Part shown: piece after piece, positions 1 through 12,432 of the stretch
Layout of the letters: every line of letters starts with the position of its first letter
Numbering within the stretch: the first letter of the stretch is position 1
Origin: Camelus dromedarius
Lineage: Eukaryota
Length of the DNA: 64,000 nucleotides
Reading direction: 5' to 3'
NCBI RefSeq assembly: GCF_036321535.1
Contig: NC_087438.1
Coordinates: 5,210,001-5,274,000, forward strand
Notes under the pieces: generated by a model
The model's database searches: none
What the model was told of the DNA's origin: nothing
What the model saw: only the letters and a program-made list of their open reading frames with translations
Made by a program: the position numbers and the translations under genes

Positions 1-39
1 GGGAGGGCAGAAAGGTGTTGATGGGTCTGACAAAGTTGT

Positions 40-300
40 AGGTTACCAGTGCCCTTGACAAGGATTGCTTCAGTGGCTTCTGGAGGTTACGACATAGTTC
101 GAAATGGGATATGGAGAGTCAGGGCAGAGGGCAAAGAAGTGGAAAGAGCTTAAGCAGACAAGCCTCTGAGGTTTGGCTTTAAAGGAAAATGAGAAATAAA
201 GGAGAAGGCAGGGCTATGTGTGTTTAGGGAGGGCACTGTTTGGTTGGAATTGGGCTTGCTTCCTGCCAGGAATGGTTCAGAGGGAGAGATTGATGACAGA
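40..300 (-). mobile_element. L2 LINE fragment (ancient)
   Basis: Motifs gcccttgacaaggattgcttcagtgg...gaagtggaaagagc...agacaagcctctgaggtttggctttaaagg resemble the L2 antisense consensus. Confidence 0.6.
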
Positions 301-1714
301 AGTGACCAGGAATGAACTGGAGCCTGGAATCCCTGTTGCCTGGAGACAGTTGATGAACAAAAGAATGGTCCAGGTTGTGGGGTTTGCTGATTCATCAGAG
401 TTAAGAAGTGTTTTTCTTGCAAGTGGTAGAATTTGGTTGTCAAATTTCATGGAAACAAAGAAATTTCTAAATGCATATTCTAAAATCAGACTGTTTCCTT
501 CATTCCAATTCGGCTTCCATGTGGTTCTGATGCCGAGCACGGTTTCTTCTCATCAGCATCATCCAGCACAGTGATTGCCTATAGAAATCCTTAAGGTGTG
601 AAAACTATTTCCTGGAGCAAGCGCAGCATTTCAGTTTCTCAGATGAGGGCAGGGACTCCCATCAGGACCACCTGATCACCGGAAGTTCTGCCTGGCCCGT
701 CTCTTCCGAGATCATTACTCAGACTGCTCTCTTTGTCTCTTAAACACATGTCAGTTAACTTCTTTGCTGCTTCTATGTAATTTCATTTTCCAAAGAGCCT
801 TGCAAATTTTTGAAAGGCATTAAACTGTTTCTCAAAATAGTTAAATTGTGAGATAGTGAAGATTGCTCTAATTGGTTAGTGCCTGATTGATATATGGGAC
901 AAAATAAAGGGAATTTCATTAATTGTGAAATCAGATTTCTTCTCTTATTACTGGCCTTAAAAATTTAGTACCTCTGGACCGCTCGTCTAATAATTGGCCT
1001 CTTGATTTTTATTGGGCAGGTTTATTATGTAATATGTCCACTGGAAGATGGAAGGGAGTATTTTTAACTTTGTACATTCGCTCTGGAGTTTCAGCAGCCT
1101 GGGGCGGATTGCTGTTTCCTTCCTGGCTCGCAGCACTGCGTCACGCCATCAGGAAGCATGCTGATCCATCACAGACACGTGCTTAGACTTGGAAGACACT
1201 AGAGATTTTTCAAATGTGATCACGATGGCCCCAAATGAGGACTGGGGCTTTAACTCTTATTTTCTTGATCAGCTGAAACAGTGTGTGTGAAGCCCACCCT
1301 CTGGAAACCTTTGTAAATTGTCATTTCTTGAAACTTTGCTTCTTTTGCAAATGCCGTCTTTTTTGGGTGAGACCTGGGCTAAAAGTAGACTCACAGGATG
1401 TATCTGATGGCTGCTTCTGGTCCCCACGGAAGGCGAGTGGACTCGGGGAGGAAACCCCTGCCATCCCGAACGACACACAGGAGACCTTAGCCCAAAAGGT
1501 TAAACCCAGCTTCTCTGGGCTGCATCTTCTAAAACCCTGCACAATAGTTCTGCCGGCAAGTCTCATGTATTTTTGGTCTAATCAGGTGTGCCTTCTTAGA
1601 ATTTGTTAAAGAGAAAAGAGATAGCACTCCTATCAGGATCTGAGTAACACTTTTAATTCTATTTAATTAACTAACGTATTTTTGCTGCTGTTGTTAAACG
1701 GTAGGTCATTAGAG

Positions 1715-2237
1715 ATATGGTTCCCAAACCATGTGCTAAGGCACCCCAGGATATTTTAAATTTTCAAGGGGCATTCCTTTTGTTGTCAAGCTGGGTTAGG
1801 GGCATTGTTGTGACCAAAAAAAAAAACTGTAGTCTGTGGAAATCAAGAGAGAACAGGAAATGTGAATGGTGGTGTTGAATCAGAATAATCCGGGGTTTGT
1901 ACAGTTAAGCAGCGCTCAGCAAGCACACTGACCTCTGAAGGCCCAGAGTAAGTCCCAGAGTAAGTGGCTATTTAAGAATGAAATAAAAATATAATATTTT
2001 ACCATAAATATATATATAATATGCAATAACATTTTGTTTTATATTATAAAATGTAAGGTCCAGTGTTGGATTTTTCTTCCAACAACTCCTCGGCTGTTAG
2101 GGAGTACTACTCACGTTGTTTAGACCTGTCTGCTTAGCACACAAGACTGTTAGCTATCTCCTCTGGCCTAGGAATGCTGCTAAAATATTACTTAGCCACT
2201 GTGGGCATTGTGAAACAGGAAAATATGGGGACCTCTT
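1715..2237. mobile_element. hAT-Charlie DNA transposon fossil (Charlie4a/4z-like)
   Basis: Left end tggttcccaaaccatgtgctaaggcaccccagg; internal gctatttaagaatgaaataaaaatat; right end ggcctaggaatgctgctaaaatattact...aaatatggggacctct. The degenerate terminal inverted repeats are of hAT type. Confidence 0.65.
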
Positions 2238-2744
2238 CAGCAGGTTTCTTTGTTTTTGGCAAGTAAACTTTTACAGTAATGTTGGAGGAAGTGTGCTCAG
2301 TTCCTCAACAGTCTTCCTTCACCCACAAGCATCCGTACGTCTGGCTAGCTAGCGGGGCCCCTGATGGCAGGTGCCACGGCCGCCACTGAAGCCTCATCTG
2401 TCCCACTCATGAGAAGCCTGCTTTGTATCACCCACGTTTGTCGGCTCGCTCTGTTGACTTTTCTTATTGGTTGGTTTGATTGCATTTATTCCAGTGAAGT
2501 TAATTTCTTGGGTGGAGTATAAGAAATTGATTAGAAATAAATGCTCAATGAATATTTGTTGAATGAAGTCATTTAATGAATGTCTTAATCTCAGTTCATC
2601 TTAAATCACTATCGGCAGTATGTGGCATGTCTGCGAAAGAACTACGGGCCCCCAATTTATAAGGAATTCAGATTTTAACTTTTAAGTGAATTTTCCGGTA
2701 AATTATAAATAATCTGTCTTTAAAACTCAATAGCATGTTGGAGT

Positions 2745-3082
2745 GTAGGGGTGGGGGTGGGGGGAGGCAGTCAAAATGTGCAAACGAACAGTTATAAAAT
2801 AGATGAATACTGGGAATATAATGTATACCATGCTAAGTATAACCAACACTGCTCTACACTGTATGTGAAGGCTGTTCAGAGATTAAATCCTAGACGTCTT
2901 ATCACAAGCAAAACCCTTTTTCCTATTTCTTTAATTTTTTATGCCTATGAGAAAATGGATGTTCACTAAACTTACTGTGGTAATCATCCCATGATGCAGG
3001 GAAATCAAATGACTGCTGTACTCCTGAAACTTACACAGCGCTGTATGTCAATTCTATCTCAATACAACTGGAAGAGAAAAAA
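2745..3082 (+). mobile_element. L1 3' end (L1MA9-like, 5'-truncated)
   Basis: G-rich tract, then cagttataaaatagatgaatactggg...atggatgttcactaaacttactgtggtaatcat...tgtatgtcaattctatctcaatacaactggaagagaaaaaa ending in an A-rich tail. Confidence 0.8.
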
Positions 3083-3140
3083 TGAGTGAAATCATGTCCA
3101 CAAAGTACCCCCCCCAAAAAAAAAACCCTTGCCAGCAGGT

Positions 3141-3523
3141 TGCTATTTGCTGTTTGTGCCCTCCCAAAATACATATGCTGAAGCCCCAGCCTTGAGTACC
3201 TCACAATGTGACTGCGTTTGGAGATCGGGCATTTGGAGAGGTGGCTGAGCTGAAATGAGGCCATGAGGAGGGTGTCCTTATAAGAAAAAGAGACACACAG
3301 AGACCCCAGGGGCACACAAGCTTGCGTGAAGAAGAGGCCGTGTGAGGAACTAGCTGGCAGGTGGTCGTCTGCAAGCCAGGTGAGCGGTCTCGGGACAGAA
3401 CAGCCCTGCCCACACCTCGACCTCAGACTCCCAGCCTCCTCAACGATTGGAACAACCAGTTTCTGTCCTTTAAGCCACTGAGTCTGTGGCACTTCGTTAC
3501 GGCAACCTGAGCAGCTTAACACA
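3141..3523 (+). mobile_element. ERVL-MaLR solo LTR (MLT1B-like)
   Basis: TG...CA ends; aatgtgactgcgtttggagatcggg, gtgtccttataagaaaaagaga, gtctgcaagccagg, tttaagccactgagtctgtggcacttcgttacggca are typical MLT1 motifs. Confidence 0.85.
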
Positions 3524-3548
3524 CAAGGATAGCAAAGCCCATTCCTTT

Positions 3549-3672
3549 CGTCTGTTCATTTGTTTTGAGGGTTTTTTGTTTGTTTCTTTCTTTCCTTTTT
3601 TTTTTAAATTGAAGTACCGTTGATTTACAGTGTCATGTTAGTTTCTGGTGTACAGCATAGTGATTCAGTTAC

Positions 3673-3727
<55 letters not shown>

Positions 3728-3950
3728 CATATGTAAAATTTTTTTCATTTCTTTTTCACTATAGGCTATTACAAGTTACTGAATACAGTTCCCTGTGCTC
3801 TGCGGTAGGACTTTGTGGTTTCTCTAGTCTGTATATAGTAGGACACAAGTGAACTTATTTGCAAAACTGGAAGAGACTCACAGACTTATGGTTACCGAAG
3901 AGGAAAGTTCGGGGAGGGATATGCTGGGAGTTTGGGATTCGCAGATACAC
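3549..3950 (-). mobile_element. Artiodactyl-type L1 3' end with 5' inversion (twin priming)
   Basis: Degenerate poly-T (3549-3606), antisense L1 3'UTR to about 3840, then the adjoining upstream L1 segment in sense orientation (3841-3950). Flanked by the duplication agcccattccttt (3536-3548) / agctcattccttt (3951-3963). Confidence 0.85.
3673..3730. repeat. Compound (TA)n(CA)n microsatellite inside the L1 3'UTR
   Basis: Directly visible: atatatat...acacacac. Confidence 0.95.
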
Positions 3951-6684
3951 AGCTCATTCCTTTTGATGGGAGGCAGGGGTCGTTGAATGCTGCTGACTAG
4001 GAAGAGCTGCTCAGCCCTGGGCTTTTGGGAGAGCTGAGATGCCTCTTGGTGATTTGGGCAGACCTCATGTCTGTTCTCTCTGGTTGAAATTGCCCAGAAG
4101 TCAGGGTCTGGTGGCCGTGGTTAAAACGTGTGTTTGTGTCCCCATATTACAGATACTACAGGAAGATACACAGTAGTGGGGGAAAGAGGGTGGTTGAGGT
4201 AACCCAAGAGCACACTCTGGGGAGGTGCTACCTTTAAAGTACGTTTTGGCCTTTTGTTCTATTAAAAGGAAAGCTTCTGCCAGGCATCCCCTCCTGTGAT
4301 TAATATTATTAATGGGACATCCAGTTTAGTTTGTAATAGGAAATTTTTTTTTGTTTTCCTGCTCACAAAGGTTTCAGTTATGCCTCCAAGCAGTTATTTA
4401 TCTTTTTTAATCACAGTGTGACTCTGTGGAACATATTTTGGTCTCACTATAAAGGGCAATCAAAGTAGACCTTGAGAATCGCAGTGTTCATTGTTTTTCT
4501 CCCGTGTTTGAAGGCTGTGGCTGCCTGTGCAGGATTTTGCCGTCCATGCCTTCTCTGTGGACGCACCTATGGATGCCATGTTTGAGATCACGCCTGGATT
4601 GGCCGTGCTGTCCCTGTGTTGTTACTGCTCTGCCCTCTGCAAACCTGCCCCTCGGGTACCATGTACCTTTGATACCCGCATTAGTCCATTACCTTCATAG
4701 GGTGTCCTCTTACTCAGTCATAATTGGCAGGGTATTTTGTGCTTGTTTTGCTTAATTCTAATTTATCTACTATTATGTCGGTTATAAAGGGGGGTCACAA
4801 GTAGGTCATGATGCAAACTGCCAGTGAGGTAACAGTAAACGTACCCCATGTAGCCAGCAAAGGCGAGCATCCCTTCTCGTAGGCTGTTAGTTGAAGAGGT
4901 ACACTCATCTCACTTGTGTGCAGTGACGTGGCGTATCATCTCGTCTTAAACTGAGCTGCACAGGCTGAGTGTCTGATAGCTTTGGTCATGTTTGTTCACT
5001 GAATCTGAGCACTTGTTGGCTCTTACATTTTTAAATGAATGGATCTGGATTAAATGTGTCACCTATAAAGTGATGATAAGTGAAGAGAATTATGTATAGT
5101 GTTTAAATGAAACTAAATTTCATTGATTCAGATTAGAGATTATCTGTCCAAATTGATGGGAAATTGAAATTAAAATGCATTCAGATACCTTTTTTTTCCA
5201 CTTTTGAGTCCACTGAAATCACCGGAATTAGGCAAATTATATATTGCTTGGTGCAGAATCTTAGGTGAGCTGATTCAAGGCTAATAAAATTTGAGTTTTA
5301 ACTAGTTAATAATCAGATGCTTCTAAAATTTTTGAAAAGCACTGAGACACAGCACTTAAAGTGTGTTCTTCTGTTGCGTATATGTCATTATATTTAGGAG
5401 GGGGGTTAGGAAGACACAGAAACCAGCACTGATTAAGCCTCCTGGACAGTCCTGGACCACCTGGTCCCCTGCGTTTCTGAAGGAGTGGCACTTCTTTGGG
5501 ACAATTAGCTTTCCATTCAGCCATCTGGACTCACAAAGACGAAGAAGACAAAGGCTTCTGTTGGGTATTAGTGAAGATGTGTGGTTCAGTTAATCATCAA
5601 TTAGTTGACAAAATATCAGATGTAATCATCCAGACATCACTGGTCCAGCAGGTGGTGGGGCAGGGGACGGTTTGGACCAGACAGAGACTAATTCTAACAG
5701 AGGTACTTAGTAATCACAGGTGAATGCTGAATTGGGGTTGAAGTTCTGTGAAACAGAGTGGGGAGAGAAATGTCTGCTCATATTACTTTGCAGAAATGGC
5801 CTGCAGAATAAGGCAACGACAGAAGTAAAATGACCAGCCCCATTTTGGGTGCTGGAGAAATGGGCTGAGTTATGAAAATAGCAGCTCTCTCCTTCCCATA
5901 CAGCTTGGTCCCCTCGCTCCTCGTGGTGAAGAGGAACTAGGCCCTGGGAGCTAAGGTTCTCCCGTGTGCTTGAAGCCCGAGATGGCCTGGATGAGAGAGC
6001 AAACGTGTGACACACACCCCTCTGCAGAACAGTGAACTGTGGCTCTCGGTGGAGAGAGGCTTGTGTGGTCTTTTTCCGCAGAGTTCTGAATATTGGAAGC
6101 CCTATGTCTTGTCTCTTTTTTGTTATTCTAACCTGTTCATCAAGACCGCCTTCTGCCCATCAGTTTCAGATTTGCAGCCTCTAAGCCAAGAAGCATGCGT
6201 CTGGGTTTCTGCGTGGTGAATTTAGCTCTCCCTTATTCTAGGGAAGATGTGTTCTCAGTGACTTAATTTGTGGGAGGAACTTTTGATCAAGATCTTGAGT
6301 ATCTTCTAGACCTGCCTCTTCCAGTTGGTTTGCAGTGAGCTGGTGAGCACTTCCAAGAGGATCAAAGGCTCTCAAACTCCCTCCTCCAATTTTATGTGGC
6401 TGTGATACTGGACTTGAACCCTACCTGAGTGTAAGATTCTTAGTTCTTCAGCCCAAATATAGCTGGGAAAATAGCATAATGAATGCTACTCAGAAAGGCT
6501 TAATAACAACAGATATAAAAGAGAATATGAAAATAATGCTCACAGCCAACACACTGTCTATTTCTAGTGACCATTTCCGTAAGAAAGCAAATTGCATTTG
6601 ATTCCCAATTTTCAATTCCAGTCTTCAACCCAAAGCTCTCATGTTGAGGTGGCTGGTCTTTGAATTTTCTTTATAACTTTCTTT

Positions 6685-7018
6685 CCTCGTCTGCTCAGGC
6701 TTCCAAAACACCACAGACTGGGCGGTACAAACAGCACATATTTATTTCTTATGTTTCTGGAGGCTGGGAAGTCCAAGATCAAGGCCCCTGATGATTCAGT
6801 CCTGGTGAAGGTTCTCTTCCTGGCAGACACCCTCCTCACGTGGCAGAGAGAGACTCTTCCTTTCCTGATGAGGACGCTAATCCCATCATGGGGGCCCCAC
6901 CCTCGTGACCTCATCTAAACCTGATTATCTCTCAAAGGCTGTCTCCTAACACCATCGCCTCAGGAGGTAGGGCTTCAGTACATGCACCTGGGAAGGACCG
7001 GAAATTCAGTCCATAACA
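6685..7018 (-). mobile_element. ERVL-MaLR solo LTR (MLT1A-like)
   Basis: accacagactgggcgg...tctggaggctgggaagtccaagatcaagg...ctaatcccatcatgggggccccaccctcgtgacctcatctaaacct...attcagtccataaca. Confidence 0.85.
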
Positions 7019-9861
7019 ATTTCTGACTCTACCTCTTCTCATCTGGAGGAATTTTAAATTAGAAGAGGATTCCAACACATGACCTAAGGATCATTGGATG
7101 TTATTAGGCAAAGTGCAGTGTTTCTGGTCTGCACTGAATAACTGAAAAAAAGCTGAAATCCTGTGGCCAGGGCATAGAGCAAATCTAATTCTTTGGAAGT
7201 TGCAGGAAATGTGGGGAAGACGGGGTTGCAGCATGTTTGCGAGCTCAGTTAAGGAACATTCTACCTGATCATTTTCTCTCCCAAGCAAGAGCATTGTTTT
7301 ATTTAAGCCATATGTGATGCTTATGAGATGCAGTGAGCTTGCTGAATATTCATTTGCAGCTCTGCTCATCAAGTTCTTCTGATCCCTCTTATTTTCCTTT
7401 GACTTATAATTGGTGTGTTTGCATATTTATGATCTGCTTTGTGTTAAGCTGAGGGCCTGTTTGAAAGGCTGTCCTGTCCCTGCTCTCCAGCCTTGTGCAG
7501 CGGGCTCATAGAGAAGGCGTGGCACTGAGGGATGGGGTCTCAGATGTGTGCTGCCTGCTGACCCCTACGGATGCTGTAGCTTGCAGCTCCTCGCTTGAGA
7601 TGAAGAATGGGAATACTGAACAACTGAAAAACCCTTTGAAGGAATCACGAAGGACCTGAGTGCTCACCTAACCCACGGGATCATTTCTCAAATGTCTGAA
7701 GGCAGTGAAGTGACACCCTTCAGTGTTTCTTTCCCAGATGACATAACCCTGCTCAGGTCATTCACCCTTGGTCACCTAACCCAGTTAGGAACCTCCTGGC
7801 TTCCCATTACTTTCCTCTGAATGCACGTAGACGCCTCAGCATCACCAGTTAAGTGCTCCGTGGACACGTGGTCTCCAAAATGCAGCCACTTCAAGAACTT
7901 TAAATGACGGAGGTACGTTACAGCAGAAAACACAAACACTTTATAAAGGGAAATAATGTCAGTTTCTTACAAAGCTTACGCATGTCTGTTTAGAATTTGT
8001 TCAGAAGTACCTTCCCCACACCCTCGTAGGGAATCAGATTGCCCTGGATGAACCTGACCTGACTCACGTGACCTGGGGCACTGTGGGACGGAGCAAGGAC
8101 CGTCCAGCGAGCCTGGCATGGGCCTGCCCTCAAGTGTCTTAATTTTTTAGACCTTTGTTTCTCTGCCTCTAAGGTGAAATAATAAAAACGTCCATCCTCC
8201 TAGTTGTTTCACTGTCTGGACTCTCGCGAGGATGAGAAAATACAAGGGATGTTTGGGGGCGCGTCGGTGAGGGCTCTGAAGGAAGCGACGTCACAGTGTG
8301 CTGGTGACGCCGGCCTTCCCAGCAGTGCAGAGCCCGTGAATGCTGCGTCAGACAAGAATGACCCCTCACTTCCGTCCAATGAAGACGGGGATGTGGGGGG
8401 GAGTGGCGGGGACCACCTGGCCTCCGTGATGACTTCTTGGCAAGGTCCGGTTTGCACAGATTCTGGATCCTGGGTGATGCTCGATTTCAAAGCCTGATTT
8501 GGATCTTCAGGGTGAACCCTGACTGCTGTCACTACCTTCAACAATTTATTTTCTCCCAAGACACCTCTTGGGAGGCCAGGTTTCTTCTGTTTTCTGACCG
8601 ATGTGGGAGGAGCTAAATGAAGCAAAAAGAGAAAAGAAGATATCAAGACAGAGTGATGTTATCAAATAAACCCAGCATTGTGAAAACAGGATTTTTATGG
8701 TGTGCTCTGCTTAAGTCTTCTAGACAATAAAGTGCTGTGATGCTATTTTTGGAAAGGAAACCTTAACCACATCATTTTCTTGTGCCCTGGTTTTCATACA
8801 AAGGCGTTGTATGAATGTGCCCTTTTGAAAGGAAGATGCTTTAGGACATCAGTCACATTTGTAAATGTGTGTAGTTATTAAAATATCAGGACTAATTCTG
8901 TTAACCTTATTGTATAGTATTGCAGGAGGAACCCGGGTATCAGAAAAATGCTTGTAATGGGTTTATTTTTTCCATCAGAAGAGAAATGTCATATTTCACT
9001 TGGCCCTAAAACTTGTCATTGTTTCTTTCTTAAGCATTTCCTTTGCATATACTCATAAAAATCCATTATTGCATTCTTTCCAATTATCTGTCGCCTAGAA
9101 GGGTTTGAATTACGTGTTGTTCAAAGCAATGCAGCATCTGTTGACCAAATGGATGAATGAATGATCAAAAGAAGGCTTTTCCTTATGCTCCGTGACAATA
9201 TAAAGCTGCCAGGGCACTGTGTCGGGCAGGCGGCGTTGTCAGAGAGCGGCTGCATCTGGACGTCCCGCTGGGGGGGGCCGGGGCGGGGGTGGGGGGGCGT
9301 CGTTCAGTTCCGTTGCTTACATGTGGTTCTTGTTTTGGAGGAATTGACTTCCTGAAATACTCGCATGTTTTGTTTGAAGGCATTTTTAAGGAGAAAAAGA
9401 AGAAGCTCTCATAGAGAACGACTGTCATTTTTATCATTATTTCAGCTGCACTTAATAAGCAACAAGATAGTCCTTTCTAACTCTGGGCAGTCTGCTTTGC
9501 GTTGGTGCCTCTCACTCCTGCGCTCTTCGGCTCGCTGTTCTTCCGAGCACACCCAGCAACGACAGAGGTTGAAGAACCTTTCACAAAGTCATGGTCATTT
9601 TGCAGAAACAGAGGACTGCAGGGTTTCACTAACAGTGTCCCCCGGGCACATCTCTGACATGAACTTCCGTCAGCGAGGGGAGGGCCTGTCCTCAGACAAG
9701 AAGCCAGGAGGTCCACCAGCTCTCCCACGTGCTCCCCCGATGGACTTCCACCAGAGGTGATGTGTGAGAGGATGGCCGCGGGAAGGAATGGAGCCTGTGC
9801 AGCCAGAAATGTGTGCAAGCAACACTGAAGGCGGGCCCATCGCTCCCAAGCTCGGTGCTGG

Positions 9862-10180
9862 TGCACACAGACCACATGCACACGTCAGAGCCGCAGATGC
9901 ACGTACCACACAAACCACATGCATGCCCCCTGTGTAAATTACAGCCTGCACACATGTTACACACGTCGTACAGATAACACATCCCATGTGCACGTACGTA
10001 CCACATCCAGACATCACACACAAATCACTCAAGACACATATGGCTCTCACGTGTCTACACACAACAAATCACACATGCCATACACATCACACAAATCTTG
10101 CATGCATGCTGTGTACACATGTATCATGCATCCATCATGCACAACTCTTACCCATCACGCACATGCACGGTTACACCCAC
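9862..10180. repeat. Degenerate CA-rich low-complexity tract (cacatg/cacac-type)
   Basis: About 320 bp dominated by alternating purine-pyrimidine cacatgcacacg units. Confidence 0.8.
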
Positions 10181-11199
10181 CACTGATACTTTAATCAGCA
10201 GCAGTCCTGGAGGGGAGAGAAAATTTGGATGAATAAGAGACCATTTCCGGGGTTGCTGTGAGAATGTGGGTGAGTCCGGGAAACTCCACCTCCCACACCC
10301 ACGGAACCAGCGGGGTAGGTGGGGCCGTGTGGAAGGCCACGCTGTTCTAGTCTCAACAGCTGTCTTCCACTTGTGCCGGGAGGCTGTGCTTGTTCACAGA
10401 ACAAAGCTCATCCCACTGATCGGCCCATTTCTAACTCTGCCCTGCTCTGCCCCTCCATCCCCAAAATGGGTTCCCTGGGCTTTGGGTGGCTAAGAACCAA
10501 CACCCTTGTTTTCTACCAGTGTGCAGACCTATCGAGTGACAGAGTGTCAGAAGAATAAAATACTGCCTTTATCACTGTTACGAGTGTTTGGAGAAATGGC
10601 TTAGGTCTGGACCAGCTGGACTTACTGTTGTCCTGAATGAAGCCATCTCCCCTGGCCCCAGCCCAGGGGCACATGGGTCCTGGGCTCTCCGGTTGGCAGG
10701 GATGAGCACTGTGTTCAGGGTCTCAGGACCGCTGAGAGGGCAGAGGAGGGGTAAGCTGTCCAGGGTAACCTTCTCCCCACCTCTCTGATCAGACAAATTT
10801 GACCTGCTTTCTTTGGGAGGAGGGATTACACTGTGCAGAGGGCGTGCAGCCCGATTCTCTGTGGAGTCCCATCATGGGGACCTTGGCAGCTTAGGAGTAA
10901 AACATCCCCGACAGTGGCTGAGTCCTAGCCGCCCATGCTGTCCGCGATAAGCTGATGTGTGTCAGTGGGAGACTCTTAGCAAGGAGCACAAGACATTGGG
11001 AAACGGATACCCTGCCTTTGTTGCTGAAGGCATTCGTGCCTGTTTGGTGAGAAGTCAGGTCATGTGGAGAGGGGCCGGGGCAGCGGGACATCTGGCCCAG
11101 GCGTGGCCATGCGGGCACTGCCGGACCTGCGCAGGCCCAGCCCTGCACACACAATCGTCAGTTGTATGTATCTTCCCCACTTGCTCTGGGTTAATAGTG

Positions 11200-11815
11200 T
11201 GCCTTGAAAAAAAACACTGTCATACACTGCTGGTGAGACTGTCAGTGGAACATTTCCTCGGAATGCAATATATATCAAAATTGTGCAATAGATATCAAGA
11301 AATTTAAAATATTCACGGCTTTCAACTCAGTGTATTTTACTAATTGAGCCCAAGGAAATGATCAACTGTTAAGCCAAAACTTTAGATGCAAGATTGACCA
11401 CTCTAACTTTAGGCAAATGCAAAGCATACTGATAAAGTCAGTGCTGGGTAGTATGGACATAAATAAATTATGATGTAGTCACAGGACAGAACATTATCTA
11501 AGCACTCAAAGTCCTGTTTCTACAGAATTTTTTGATCTGGAAAAAATCGGATTAGATGTTAAATTTAAAAAGTAAAGCAAAACACTGCATTCAGGATGAA
11601 CTCAGTTTCTTTGGAACAAGATACTGGTCTTGATGATACAAAATATGGCACCAAGTTTGAGAATATGGGAGGATGTGGAGTGGGTAGGTAAGGCCATATG
11701 GATAACAGTGGTCTTCTAGAGCAAGGAAATTCTAGGTTCTTTTTAGTTTTTCTTTATGTGTTTTTCTCCCCCCCCCCAATTTTTGTGAACATGAATTGTT
11801 TTTATCATCAACAGA
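11200..11815 (+). mobile_element. Old L1 (L1ME/L1MC-like) ORF2 end and 3'UTR fragment
   Basis: catacactgctggtgagactgt...caatagatatcaagaaatttaaaatattcac and later L1M 3'UTR-like motifs; highly diverged. Confidence 0.6.
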
Positions 11816-11925
11816 ATAACCAGTTATATGGTTTGAAAGGCTACCATATTCCTGTATAAACAGTAGATATTGGGGAATATCACTTTTCCAGGCTCAGTGA
11901 ATACAGTTTCAATGTGAGGGCAGCC

Positions 11926-12260
11926 TGTCTCAGTTACCTAGGATCATTGTAATGCTGTGTAACAACCATGAAATCCCAGTGGAACACAATAGTAGACTAG
12001 GGGTTGGCTGGGTATCTCTGTTTCATGTCTCTCATCTTCCTGGGACCAGTAGGCTGGCCGGAGCATGTTCTTTTCCTGGTGAGACACAACAGAGTCACCC
12101 AAAATGCCAGACCACCTAAGCCAGGCTAGATCTGGCACTGGGTTACTCCCACCCCCATTGCATTAGCTGTAGCAAAGCAAATGGCGGAGCCCAAAGAAAG
12201 GGAGGGACTGCAGAGTCACCTGTCGGAGGGCATGGATCCGAGAAGGGGATGGAATCCATA
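11926..12260 (-). mobile_element. ERVL-MaLR LTR (MLT1K/J-like)
   Basis: taatgctgtgtaacaacc...catgtctctcatcttcctgggaccagtaggctggccggagcatgttctt...gactgcagagtcacctgtcggagggcatggat. Confidence 0.7.
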
Positions 12261-12432
12261 AGGGTGACAGCTGTTTCTGTTACATAGATGCAAATGTTAG
12301 TTTTGAAAAAGAAATAAAATTAACCTCCTGCAGAGTCACCTCTTTGCAGACTGTTGCTCATTTGCGTTGTCTTTGTTGGGTTCATGAGGGAGGAACGCTC
12401 AGCCTGCTGAGTGGCTCTTTGTGTCTCATCAG

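Larger units (their letters stand above)
1..12432 (+). other. ADCY2: ADCY2 intron upstream of the exon (partial)
   Basis: No recognisable ADCY2 coding sequence upstream; repeat-rich; ends in the AG acceptor at 12431-12432. Confidence 0.85.

Noticed and set aside
1942..1965. Short tandem duplications (cccagagtaagt x2; also ctgtgagcct x2.5 near 24969 and cttcatatg x2 near 56893)
   Set aside because: Ordinary replication-slippage duplications with no sign of function.
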